Positions 10,496-19,324 of a stretch of DNA of 64,000 nucleotides are shown piece by piece. The first letter of the stretch is position 1, and each line of letters starts with the position of its first letter. Below the pieces are notes generated by a model that saw only the letters and a list, made by a program, of their open reading frames with translations, was not told where the DNA came from and searched no databases. The translations under genes were made by a program, and so were the position numbers. This stretch comes from an uncultured archaeon (GTDB lineage Archaea; Nanobdellota; Nanobdellia; Pacearchaeales; GW2011-AR1), in assembly GCA_937143345.1 (NCBI GenBank), contig CAKZRD010000019.1:9116-73115 (forward strand), in the 5' to 3' direction.

Positions 10496-10896
10496 ATAAA
10501 AGAGGGTGGATTAGAATAGTTGAGGCTCTTATAGCAGTCTTAATGATATTAGGAGCAATAATCTTTATTATAGATACGAATAATAAAAAGAATTACTCTG
10601 AAAAAGAAAATTATATTAACGATTTACAAAAAAATGTTCTTGATGAAATCTCAAACAATCTTGAATTACGAAATTTTGCACTGAGTAAAAATGAAAGTGA
10701 AATAAAAAAAAGAATTAGTGGATATTTTCCCGATTTTTATGAATTTGATGTTAGGGTATGCAACTTAACTGAAGATTATTGCCTTCTTCAAATATACCCG
10801 AACAAAAATATTTATGTTGCCGATAAGATAATCAGCGGAACATTAGAAGTTTATTCTCCGGTTAAAGTAAGAATTTTTTTATGGGAAAAGAAATAA
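10489..10896 (+). CDS. Type IV pilin-like protein with class III signal peptide
   Basis: N-terminus MVNKRG-WIRIVEALIAVLMILGAIIFII. Small (135 aa) and adjacent to the other pilin. Confidence 0.5.
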   Translation: MVNKRGWIRIVEALIAVLMILGAIIFIIDTNNKKNYSEKENYINDLQKNVLDEISNNLELRNFALSKNESEIKKRISGYFPDFYEFDVRVCNLTEDYCLLQIYPNKNIYVADKIISGTLEVYSPVKVRIFLWEKK

Positions 10897-10920
10897 AAGC
10901 CTCTTTATTTTTTTATAGAT

Positions 10921-12231
10921 ATGGTATTTGAAGTAATAATCGGAAGAAAAGAAAATGAAAAAAAAATTTTTGGAAAAAAAGGGTTAGCTTACTTAGGTAA
11001 AAGTTATGTAAAAATGGAAGATTATACCTCTCTTTCTAATAATGTTTTTTTGGATATAGCAAAGAGCCATATAATCCTAATTTCTGGGAAAAGAGGTTCT
11101 GGAAAGTCATACACTCTAGGAGTATTGGCAGAATCTATCTCTGAGAAAGAAAAAGAAGATGGATTAAATATTTCATCTTTAATCTTTGATACGATGGGGA
11201 TTTTTTGGACAATGAAGTTTAGAAATTTTAAAGACAGGGATTTATTAGCTGAATGGGGACTTGAATCGAAAAATGTCCCAATAAATATTTATGCTCCTTC
11301 TGGTTATTTTGAAGAATATAACAAAAAGGGAATTCCAGTAGATAAAGAACTTAAAATAAAAATTTCAGAGATAACAAAAGAAGAGTGGATTGAACTTTTT
11401 AACTTAGATTATACAAAACAAGAAGCTGTTCTTATCTCTAATGTAATTTCTTTTCTTGAAGAAAAAAAATCATTAGTTTTTAATGATATTTTTAAAGAAA
11501 TAGAAAAAAATCCTTCTTTTAATAAAGAAATAAAAAACTCTGTTATAGCTCTTTTCAATATGGCTAAATCTTGGGGTATTTTCGACGAAAAAGAAGGAAC
11601 TCCAATAAAAGAAATTGTTAAAAGGGGGCAAACAACAGTTATTGATTTATCAATGTATCCTTCAATAAGTCAATTTAATATAAGGGGGCTTGTTATTGGA
11701 CTTATTTGTAAAAAATTATTTAAGGAAAGAATGATTTCTAGAAAAGAAGAAGAAGTTTTTTCTGTTCAGAGAGCAGGTTTTTCTGAATTTACAACCACCA
11801 GTGTGAAAGATAGTCCATTGGTTTGGGTTTTTATTGACGAAGCTCATGAATTTTTGCCTAAGGAAGGAAAAACTCCTGCAACAGATTCTTTAATTCAACT
11901 ATTAAGAGAAGGAAGGCAACCAGGAATTTCACTCGTTTTAGCAACACAACAGCCTGGAAAAATTCATACTGACGCAATGACTCAATCAGATATTGTTATT
12001 TCTCATTTGCTAACAGCAGAACAAGATATAAAAGCACTGAACGAAATCATGCAGAGTTATGTTTATGAAGGAATAAAGAAAAAAATGAATGAACTTCCAA
12101 AATTAAATGGTTCTGCAATAGTACTTGATGATAACTCTGAGAGAATTTATTCAATAAAAGTTAGGCCTCGTTATACTTTTCACGGCGGAGAAACTCCTAG
12201 TGCAATACAAAATTACACTAACCTTTTATAA
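10921..12231 (+). CDS. HerA/FtsK/VirB4-superfamily P-loop ATPase (DUF87/AAA_10-like)
   Basis: Walker A SGKRGSGKSYTLG, Walker B VWVFIDEAHEF, and LLREGRQPGISLVLATQQP typical of HerA/FtsK-type ATPases. Not a PilB/FlaI signature. Confidence 0.65.
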   Translation: MVFEVIIGRKENEKKIFGKKGLAYLGKSYVKMEDYTSLSNNVFLDIAKSHIILISGKRGSGKSYTLGVLAESISEKEKEDGLNISSLIFDTMGIFWTMKFRNFKDRDLLAEWGLESKNVPINIYAPSGYFEEYNKKGIPVDKELKIKISEITKEEWIELFNLDYTKQEAVLISNVISFLEEKKSLVFNDIFKEIEKNPSFNKEIKNSVIALFNMAKSWGIFDEKEGTPIKEIVKRGQTTVIDLSMYPSISQFNIRGLVIGLICKKLFKERMISRKEEEVFSVQRAGFSEFTTTSVKDSPLVWVFIDEAHEFLPKEGKTPATDSLIQLLREGRQPGISLVLATQQPGKIHTDAMTQSDIVISHLLTAEQDIKALNEIMQSYVYEGIKKKMNELPKLNGSAIVLDDNSERIYSIKVRPRYTFHGGETPSAIQNYTNLL

Positions 12232-13624
12232 CACTAAGTGGCCTTAATTTTGCGACAAGATTTCCTATACCTACTTCATTAGAAACCCTAGCAACTTCAT
12301 CAATATTTTTATATGCTTGTGGAGCTTCGTCTAAAATCGCTTTTTTTGAGATTGTTTTTAATTTAATATCTCTATCTGAAAGAATTTTTTCTATATCTTC
12401 AATTGAAAGATTTTTGGTTGCTGATAATCTTGAAAGAGTTCTTCCTGCACCATGTGCTGTGCTACCAAATGAAATTTCTTCTGCTTTTTTTGTCCCAACT
12501 AAAATATAACTTGAAGTTCCCATACTTCCTGGCAAGATAATCGGTTGTCCGACTTCTCGATAATCTTCTGGAAGTTCTTTTCTTCCAGGACCAAAAGAGC
12601 GAGTAGCACCTTTTCTCGTAACTAAAACTTTTTTCAATTTTCCGTCGATTATATGTTCTTCGAATTTTGCTATGTTATGGCAAATATCATAAACAACTTC
12701 TAAATTAAAATTCAAAAAAGCTTTTTCAAAAACCTTTCTTAATTTATGTGTTATCAATTGCTTGTTTGAGAAAGCAAAATTAGCTGCGCATGCCATTGCC
12801 GAAAAATACTTTTTACCCAAATCCGAGTTTATCGGAGCAAAAACCAATTCTCTGTCATATTCAGGCCAACCATATTTATCTTCCATTAATTTTATGTAAT
12901 CTGAAGCAACTTGATGACCTAAGCCCCTGCTCCCACAATGAATCATAATTAATATTTTATCCTTTTCTATACCAAAAACTCTCGCAATTTTTTCGTCGAA
13001 AATTTTTTCAACTTCTTGAAACTCTAAAAAGTGATTCCCTGCTCCGAGTGTTGCCAATTGATTTATTCCTCGCATTTTAGCCCTTTGACTTACAAAAGAC
13101 GGATTAGCTCCATACATACAACCTTCTTCCTCAGTATTTTTAATATCCTCTTTTTTAGCAAAACCTTTTTCTAAACACCATTTAGCACCTTTTTCTAAAA
13201 TCTCTTCAAGTTCTTTTTTTGAAATTTTAAAATTTCCCTCTTCTCCGACTCCGGAAGGTATCTCGTCAAAGACTAAATTCAATAAAAAATCTCTTTTTTT
13301 CAAAAACTCTTCTTTTTTTATGCTTGTCCTTAAAAGGCGTACAGAGCAGTTTATATCATAGCCAACCCCACCAGGTAATATAACGCCTTTATCCAAATCA
13401 AATGCAGCAACACCCCCAATAGGAAAACCATAACCTTGATGCGCATCAGGTAATGCTATAGCTTTTTTTAAAATTCCAGGAAGTTTTGCAACATTTTTTA
13501 TTTGTTCTAACGTCTTGTCTTTTTTCATATTCTCAAGAAGAATTTCAGAAGAAAAAACTAAACAAGGAACATTCATCTCTCCTTCTTTCTCTATTTGCCA
13601 AACGTTTTCTGAAATTTTTTTCAT
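12218..13624 (-). CDS. rtcB: RNA-splicing ligase RtcB
   Basis: GYDINCSVR, GAGNHFLEF and HCGSRGLGHQ motifs. 468 aa. Confidence 0.92.
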   Translation of the reverse strand: MKKISENVWQIEKEGEMNVPCLVFSSEILLENMKKDKTLEQIKNVAKLPGILKKAIALPDAHQGYGFPIGGVAAFDLDKGVILPGGVGYDINCSVRLLRTSIKKEEFLKKRDFLLNLVFDEIPSGVGEEGNFKISKKELEEILEKGAKWCLEKGFAKKEDIKNTEEEGCMYGANPSFVSQRAKMRGINQLATLGAGNHFLEFQEVEKIFDEKIARVFGIEKDKILIMIHCGSRGLGHQVASDYIKLMEDKYGWPEYDRELVFAPINSDLGKKYFSAMACAANFAFSNKQLITHKLRKVFEKAFLNFNLEVVYDICHNIAKFEEHIIDGKLKKVLVTRKGATRSFGPGRKELPEDYREVGQPIILPGSMGTSSYILVGTKKAEEISFGSTAHGAGRTLSRLSATKNLSIEDIEKILSDRDIKLKTISKKAILDEAPQAYKNIDEVARVSNEVGIGNLVAKLRPLSVIKG

Positions 13625-14034
13625 ACGTCTAAAACAACTTTTGTTCCAAATTTATTTTTAATTTTCTCAATTTTCATCTCACTGAAAGTAATAGCTTTCA
13701 CAGGGTTTGAAATCTTATATTCTTTTATATTGTCTCCTATAACCTCTGCCTCAAGAGAAAACTCTTTATTTTTTTCTTTTATTGATATCTTTTCTATATT
13801 AGCAAAAATAAAAAATTTTGCTTCGAAAAGAAAAAGAAGTTCTTCTAAAAAAGAATAGAGCAAATCCTCTAGTGTTTTTTCTTTTAATTTTATTTTTTTA
13901 GAAGTGATTTTTTTAATTTTCTTTTTAGTTATTGATTCCTTTAATGCCATGGCGGAATAGAAAAAAAGTTCTTCAAATGTTTTTCCTTCAACAAAAAAAC
14001 TTATATCTGCTGTATGTGAAAGAAATTTATACAT
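13621..14034 (-). CDS. Archease (RtcB cofactor)
   Basis: N-terminal F-x-HTADI (MYKFLSHTADISFFVEG). 137 aa. 4-nt overlap immediately upstream of rtcB, the canonical operon. Confidence 0.8.
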   Translation of the reverse strand: MYKFLSHTADISFFVEGKTFEELFFYSAMALKESITKKKIKKITSKKIKLKEKTLEDLLYSFLEELLFLFEAKFFIFANIEKISIKEKNKEFSLEAEVIGDNIKEYKISNPVKAITFSEMKIEKIKNKFGTKVVLDV

Positions 14035-14047
14035 TATAAAAAAGAGT

Positions 14048-14740
14048 TTATTTAGTTAAAAAAACTTTCTTTTCTTCTTGGCAAGAATAAATTACCTCTT
14101 CAAAAACCAAATCAACTATAGACAGGTTTGTTTTTTCTATTTTAACCATATCAAAAGGATGGGAAATAACTTGTGCTAAAAAACATCCCCTACCTGGAAT
14201 TTCTTTTTCAACATAAACAATAAATCTATCTTTCTTTTTTTCAATTCTCTTTATTTCTAAAGAATAGCCTGCTGTTGGCTTTTCTTCATCAAAAACAACT
14301 ACCATTGAATTATTATCGAAACTAAAATTCCCTTCAAAAACTTCGTTGAAAGAATATTTATCATTTAAAATATTCGCGCTTCTATCTTTTACTATTGGAT
14401 TTTTTAAATGGAAAAAAACTCTCTCAAATTTTACTTCCTCTCTAATTTCTTCAGTAAAAACTTTGCCTTCTTTTGTAAAACATTTTCTTGGAAAAGAATT
14501 TTCTATTATATTTCCTTCATTTAAACAATCTTCGAAAGAACTTATTTTTTGTTTTTTTGGAATAGAAATCACTAAAAAGATTAATAGTAAAATTACTATC
14601 AGACCAGAAATAAAATAAATTTTATTTTTTTTCAAAAAATTTTCTCTAATCTCTTTTTTTTGCTTCGCTTTCATTTTTTTTAGAAGAATTCTATCTTTAA
14701 AAAGTTTCATTTTAGAACCTTGCCTGTTTCTATAAACCAA
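14048..14740 (-). CDS. Membrane-anchored hypothetical protein, possible PrcB_C-like domain
   Basis: Basic N-terminus plus one TM. C-terminal VVFDEEKPTAGYSLEIKRIE...VISHPFDMVKI resembles the PrcB C-terminal fold motif. Weak. Confidence 0.3.
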   Translation of the reverse strand: MVYRNRQGSKMKLFKDRILLKKMKAKQKKEIRENFLKKNKIYFISGLIVILLLIFLVISIPKKQKISSFEDCLNEGNIIENSFPRKCFTKEGKVFTEEIREEVKFERVFFHLKNPIVKDRSANILNDKYSFNEVFEGNFSFDNNSMVVVFDEEKPTAGYSLEIKRIEKKKDRFIVYVEKEIPGRGCFLAQVISHPFDMVKIEKTNLSIVDLVFEEVIYSCQEEKKVFLTK

Positions 14741-15321
14741 AGATAAAGATCTAGTTCAGCCAAACTCAAATTTGTTTTTTTAGCTAATGAAAAAAGAACC
14801 TCTTCTATTTGAAGATAAACTTTTTTAGTAATTGTCTTTGGTCTTTTTATTAATCCTTTTTTGACAAGCAAATCGACTATGTGAAAGTCTACAATAGCAA
14901 CATTTTTGTAACCAATGTTTCTTAAAAAGTGACTTGCTTCTTTCATTCCAAAACCTTTTATTTTTTTAAATAGTTCTTCTCTAACTTCTTTTTTATTTTT
15001 TAAAATATCAAAAATTTCTTTTTTTTGTTTTCTTGCATAACAAATAAATTCTGCTCTTTGTGACCAAAATCTATGACCTTCTTTTTTTAGTTTATTAGCT
15101 AAAACTTTTTTAGATGAAAGAAAAAAATCCTTTTCTAATTTTTTTTGGATTTTGATTGATTTTTCTGCCTGAAAATTTGCAGTAAGAATACAAAAGCATA
15201 ATTCTGAAAAAATTTTATGATTGCTTTTTCTGTTATTTTCAAACTCTTTGATCCTTCTAGAAATAATATTAGAAATAGGTTGTTTTTTTAGAGATTCTAT
15301 TTTCTTAATTAAGGATTGCAT
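14707..15321 (-). CDS. ogg: Ogg2-type 8-oxoguanine DNA glycosylase/AP lyase (HhH-GPD)
   Basis: Strong similarity to the archaeal Ogg2 pattern: ELCFCILTANF, KEASHFLRNIGYKNVAIVDFHI and LAELDLYLWF. 204 aa. Confidence 0.8.
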   Translation of the reverse strand: MQSLIKKIESLKKQPISNIISRRIKEFENNRKSNHKIFSELCFCILTANFQAEKSIKIQKKLEKDFFLSSKKVLANKLKKEGHRFWSQRAEFICYARKQKKEIFDILKNKKEVREELFKKIKGFGMKEASHFLRNIGYKNVAIVDFHIVDLLVKKGLIKRPKTITKKVYLQIEEVLFSLAKKTNLSLAELDLYLWFIETGKVLK

Positions 15322-15466
15322 GAATAAACTAATTTATTTAAAGTTATAAAGTTTTGCAAAAAATCTTTAGTCTATCCACTAGAAAAAATCAAAAAGATTT
15401 GCAAACTATCTAAAAACTATATCTACAAACTAAGAGTTAAAAATATAAGTAAAGTTGCTTGATTTT

Positions 15467-15832
15467 TTATTCCTTTTTTTCCGTACTCTTCCATAAGCCA
15501 TGCAAATTGCAATAAGCTCTTGCTGAAATTGGCTCGAAAGAAAATTCCGCTATTGGTTTTTGTTGTGGTTTTAAAAAAACCTTAGAAACCTCTTTTCCAT
15601 CTTCTGCTTCTATCCACTCAATATAATGCTCCTCAGTCATAGGATGTTCTACAGAGCTTACTTTTACCTTATTGTTCTCTATAACTGGAACATGTTTTTC
15701 AATAGCCCCATCTTTTTTTGTCTCTGAAACTTCCTCCATTGGCTTTCCGCAACAAACAAGAATTCCCCCACCAGAACGAAGCAACTCAACAATATTTCCA
15801 CAAAGTTGGCATTTAAAAATTTTGTTTGCCAT
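15467..15832 (-). CDS. dfx: Desulfoferrodoxin (2Fe superoxide reductase)
   Basis: N-terminal desulforedoxin-like CxxC...CC (CQLCGN...VCCGKPM). SOR-domain His ligands (EKHVPV, EHYIEWI) and C-N-x-H (CNLH). Confidence 0.85.
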   Translation of the reverse strand: MANKIFKCQLCGNIVELLRSGGGILVCCGKPMEEVSETKKDGAIEKHVPVIENNKVKVSSVEHPMTEEHYIEWIEAEDGKEVSKVFLKPQQKPIAEFSFEPISARAYCNLHGLWKSTEKKE

Positions 15833-16401
15833 TAATATTCTTCACATTTAACTCTATAAAAAGCTTTCGAATGGTCACAAGAAGGGCATTTTTCTGGCGG
15901 TTCTTTTCCCTTATAAACATAACCACACTCCATACAAACCCACTCAACTACTTTTTCTTTCTTAAAAAGAGTGCCTTTTTCTAATTGCTCTAAAAGTTTT
16001 TTATATCTTTCTTCGTGATGTTCTTCTGATTTTTTAATTGCTCTTAGACGATTAGCAATTTCCTGAAAACCTTCTTTTTCTGCAATATCTGCAAATTTTG
16101 GATACATTTTTGTCCATTCATAGTTTTCTCCATTTATAGCAGATCGCAAATTCTCAAGAGTATTTCCTAAAACTAAAGGAGATTCGATATCCTCGATTTT
16201 TAAAGAATTACTTTTTTTTAATTTTTGAACTTCCTCAAAAATCCTTTTTGCGTGCTCTTTTTCTTGGTCAGCTGTTTCTTGAAAAACATCTGCTATAACT
16301 TCATAACCTTCTTTTCTTGCTATTGATGCATAAAAAGTATAACGATTTCTCGCCTGGCTTTCGCCTATAAATGCCTTCATTAAATTTTTTAAAGTTTCCA
16401 T
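15832..16401 (-). CDS. rbr: Rubrerythrin
   Basis: Ferritin-like di-iron E-x-x-H motifs (ESQARNRY...[15 protein letters not shown]). C-terminal rubredoxin-like CxxC...CxxC (CMECGY...CPSCDH). 1-nt overlap with dfx. Confidence 0.88.
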   Translation of the reverse strand: METLKNLMKAFIGESQARNRYTFYASIARKEGYEVIADVFQETADQEKEHAKRIFEEVQKLKKSNSLKIEDIESPLVLGNTLENLRSAINGENYEWTKMYPKFADIAEKEGFQEIANRLRAIKKSEEHHEERYKKLLEQLEKGTLFKKEKVVEWVCMECGYVYKGKEPPEKCPSCDHSKAFYRVKCEEY

Positions 16402-16447
16402 AAATATAGTATTAATGCTTTTTTTTTAAATCTTTCTATAGAATGGC

Positions 16448-16539
16448 TCTGTCCGGAATGGTGTTTTTAGAAAATTATTTGTGGGTCTTTAGGCTATAAT
16501 GAAGTAATAGATATCTAAAATATACTAACTCCGGACAGA
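16448..16539. promoter_or_regulatory. Perfect 10-bp inverted repeat pair (TCTGTCCGGA ... TCCGGACAGA) in the divergent rbr-dfx / ppsA intergenic region
   Basis: GC-rich 10-mers at 16448..16457 and 16530..16539, separated by 72 bp, in an otherwise extremely AT-rich spacer between divergently transcribed operons. Confidence 0.3.
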
Positions 16540-16587
16540 ACCTAAAGAATAAGAAAAGCTTATAAAATAAAGAAAACAGAAAAATCT

Positions 16588-18831
16588 ATGAAAAGAGGAG
16601 AGAATATAAAATGGCTTTCTGAACTTTCTAAAAAAGATATTCCTATTTCTGGAGGTAAGGGAGCAAATCTTGGTGAAATGTATAATGCAGGATTTCCTGT
16701 TCCTCCCGCCTTTGTTGTAACCACAAACGCTTTTCATTATTTTATTGAGAAAACAAAATTAAAAGAAGAAATAAACAATATATTATCTAAAATAGATTTA
16801 GAAGATACCAAATTATTGGCGGAAAAATCGGAAGAAATAAAAAATTTAATTTGTTCTGCAAAAATGCCTGAAGATTTAGAACAGGAAGTATTGGAAGCGT
16901 ACGAAAATTTTAATGTCGATTTAAATGAAATAAAAAATTCTCCTAACGCTTTAGTAATAATGAAAACTGCAAGAGAACCTTCTTTTGTTTCCGTCAGATC
17001 TTCTGCAACAGCTGAAGATTTAGGAGATTCATCATTCGCTGGACAACAAGAAAGTTATATAAATGTAAAAGGAAAAAAAGAATTAATCGAAAAAGTTAAA
17101 GCTGTTTTTGCTTCTATTTTTACTGCTCGTTCAATTTATTATAGAATAAAAAGGGGTTTTGATGCTTTTATAGGCATTGCGGTCATTGTTCAAAAAATGA
17201 TTAATTCGGATAAATCCGGAGTAATTTTCTCCGTTGATCCTGTTAAACAAGAAAATATTCTAATCGAGGCTGTTTGGGGGCAAGGTGAAGGAATTGTTTC
17301 TGGAAAAATTAAACCTGATGGATATATTGTTTCGAAAGATTTTGAAATCTTAGGAGAAAAGATAAGTGACAAAAAAATTGCTATCGTTAGAGATTCTTCT
17401 GGACTAACAAAAACAGTTCAATTGACAGAAGAAAAATCAAAACAAAAAGTTTTGAAAACATTTGAAATAAAACAATTAGCAGAATATGCTGTGAAACTTG
17501 AAAAGCACTACGGAAAGCCACAAGATATAGAGTTTGCTATAGAAAATGGGGAGATATTTATTCTCCAAACAAGACCAATAACAACTCTTGGAAAAAAAAT
17601 TGAGCAAGAGGAATTAGAAGGTCAATTAATTTTGGAAGGATTGGGTGCTAGTCCTGGAATAGCTTCAGGGGTTGTAAAAATAATAAGGGATTTTGATGAT
17701 TTAGACAAAATAAAGAAAGGAGATGTTTTAGTCACTGCAATGACAAATCCTGATATGGTTGTTTCTATGCAAAAAGCATCGGCAATCGTTACAGACGAGG
17801 GAGGAATTACTTCACACGCTGCTATAGTTTCTAGAGAGATGGGGATACCTTGTGTTGTTGGAACAGGAAATGCTACAAATAAACTAGAAGATGGGACTAA
17901 TATAACTGTTGATGGTTTTAAAGGAAAGGTTTATCTTGGCATAGCAGAAAACAAAAAAGTTGAAATTTTTCCTATAGTAGAAACAAAAACAAAAATTAAG
18001 GTTATTGTTGATTTGCCAGAGTTTGCTGAAAGGGGAGCAAAAACAAAAGCTAATGGTATAGGATTAGTTAGATTAGAAGGGATTATTGCTTCTTCAGGAA
18101 AACATCCTTTATTCTTTGAACAGAAAGACAATTTAGATGAATACAAAAAAATAATCAAGGAAGGTTTAGAAAAAATAGCTAACTGTTTTATAGGAAAAGA
18201 GATTTGGGTTAGAACTTCAGATATAAGGAGTGATGAATATTCTAATTTAGAAGGAGCTCCGAAACACATAGAAAAAAATCCTATGCTTGGAAATCACGGG
18301 ATAAGGTTTTCTCTAAAACATCGAGGAATTTTTGAAGCAGAATTAAAAGCAATAAAAGAATTAGCAGAAAAAGGGCATAAATTTGGAGTTATGTTCCCTC
18401 AAATAATTTCCCCTTTAGAAGTCAAAGAAGCAAAAAAAATAATGGAAAAATTAGAAATGCTTGGAAAAGTTAAAATTGGTGTGATGATAGAAACTCCTGC
18501 TGCCGCTATTTTAATTAAAGATTTATGTAATGAAGGAATTGATTTTGTCTCTTTTGGAACAAATGACTTAACCCAATATACTTTAGCAATAGACAGAGGA
18601 AATGAAGAAGTGCAATATCTCTATAATGAAGAAGATTGGGCTATAAAAAAACTCATTTCGAGAGTAATAAGGGAGTGTAAATCTCATAAAGTTGAAACAT
18701 CTATTTGTGGGCAAGCGGGAAGCAGAAAAGAAATAGTTAAATTTTTAATCGAACAGGGAATCGATTCTATCTCTGTTAATGCGGATGTTGCGAGAGAAAT
18801 TTCTGAATTTGTTAAAAGTTTAGAAAATTAA
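16588..18831 (+). CDS. ppsA: Phosphoenolpyruvate synthase (pyruvate, water dikinase)
   Basis: ATP-grasp N-terminus (GGKGANLGEM), phosphohistidine domain GGITSHAAIVSREMGIPCVVG, C-terminal PEP-utilising TIM barrel. 747 aa. Confidence 0.9.
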   Translation: MKRGENIKWLSELSKKDIPISGGKGANLGEMYNAGFPVPPAFVVTTNAFHYFIEKTKLKEEINNILSKIDLEDTKLLAEKSEEIKNLICSAKMPEDLEQEVLEAYENFNVDLNEIKNSPNALVIMKTAREPSFVSVRSSATAEDLGDSSFAGQQESYINVKGKKELIEKVKAVFASIFTARSIYYRIKRGFDAFIGIAVIVQKMINSDKSGVIFSVDPVKQENILIEAVWGQGEGIVSGKIKPDGYIVSKDFEILGEKISDKKIAIVRDSSGLTKTVQLTEEKSKQKVLKTFEIKQLAEYAVKLEKHYGKPQDIEFAIENGEIFILQTRPITTLGKKIEQEELEGQLILEGLGASPGIASGVVKIIRDFDDLDKIKKGDVLVTAMTNPDMVVSMQKASAIVTDEGGITSHAAIVSREMGIPCVVGTGNATNKLEDGTNITVDGFKGKVYLGIAENKKVEIFPIVETKTKIKVIVDLPEFAERGAKTKANGIGLVRLEGIIASSGKHPLFFEQKDNLDEYKKIIKEGLEKIANCFIGKEIWVRTSDIRSDEYSNLEGAPKHIEKNPMLGNHGIRFSLKHRGIFEAELKAIKELAEKGHKFGVMFPQIISPLEVKEAKKIMEKLEMLGKVKIGVMIETPAAAILIKDLCNEGIDFVSFGTNDLTQYTLAIDRGNEEVQYLYNEEDWAIKKLISRVIRECKSHKVETSICGQAGSRKEIVKFLIEQGIDSISVNADVAREISEFVKSLEN

Positions 18832-18871
18832 AAATAGAAAAGTTTAAAAGACTTAAAAAAGATTTTATTAA

Positions 18872-19324
18872 ATGACATATATAGATAGAATTCTTGTTAC
18901 AGAAGATGATGCATTATTAAGAAGAATTTTTGAATCGATTGCTCGTTTGTCAGAAATTGAAATAGATATGGTAGAGTCGGCTGAGCGCGCTTTAGACACC
19001 ATTAAAAAAAGGTCTTCAGAAAATTTATCATATCCTGTGATTTTAACAGATATTGTAATGCCTGGAATGAAGGGCTTAACTCTCATAAATAAAATATGGG
19101 AATTTGTTGATAGTGGTCAAATTCTCCAACCAGAAATTTATGTTATGAGTGGGGCATGCTGCAATTATGATCGAGAAATTTCTTTAATAATTAGGGAAGG
19201 TAAAATAAAAGGTTTCTATGAAAAACCTTTTGATACCAAAAAAATTTTTGAAGAGTTAAACGAAATTAAAATGTTAGTTTTTGAAGGAAGATTAGCTCAA
19301 TATAGAACAGCTAGCTCTCGATGA
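18872..19324 (+). CDS. Stand-alone response-regulator receiver (CheY-like) protein
   Basis: ILVTEDDALLRR..., phospho-acceptor context VILTDIVMPGMKGL, and conserved Lys region (EKPFD). Confidence 0.7.
   Translation: MTYIDRILVTEDDALLRRIFESIARLSEIEIDMVESAERALDTIKKRSSENLSYPVILTDIVMPGMKGLTLINKIWEFVDSGQILQPEIYVMSGACCNYDREISLIIREGKIKGFYEKPFDTKKIFEELNEIKMLVFEGRLAQYRTASSR

Noticed and set aside
16525-16737. Minus-strand 70 aa ORF across the rbr/ppsA intergenic region
   Set aside because: It spans a promoter region and the ppsA start. It is Arg/Cys-rich only because of the GC-rich inverted repeat.
17190-18269. Minus-strand ORFs 17190..17372 and 17931..18269
   Set aside because: They are antisense within ppsA, which has strong motif support.
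5305-18831. Looked for inteins in the usual hosts (IleRS, RtcB, PEP synthase, PCNA)
   Set aside because: All four have normal lengths and contiguous motifs. The only Hint-like domain is in the surface protein at about 25570..25951.
18868-19086. Minus-strand 72 aa ORF overlapping the receiver-domain gene
   Set aside because: The opposite-strand REC domain has clear conserved motifs, so this is a shadow ORF.
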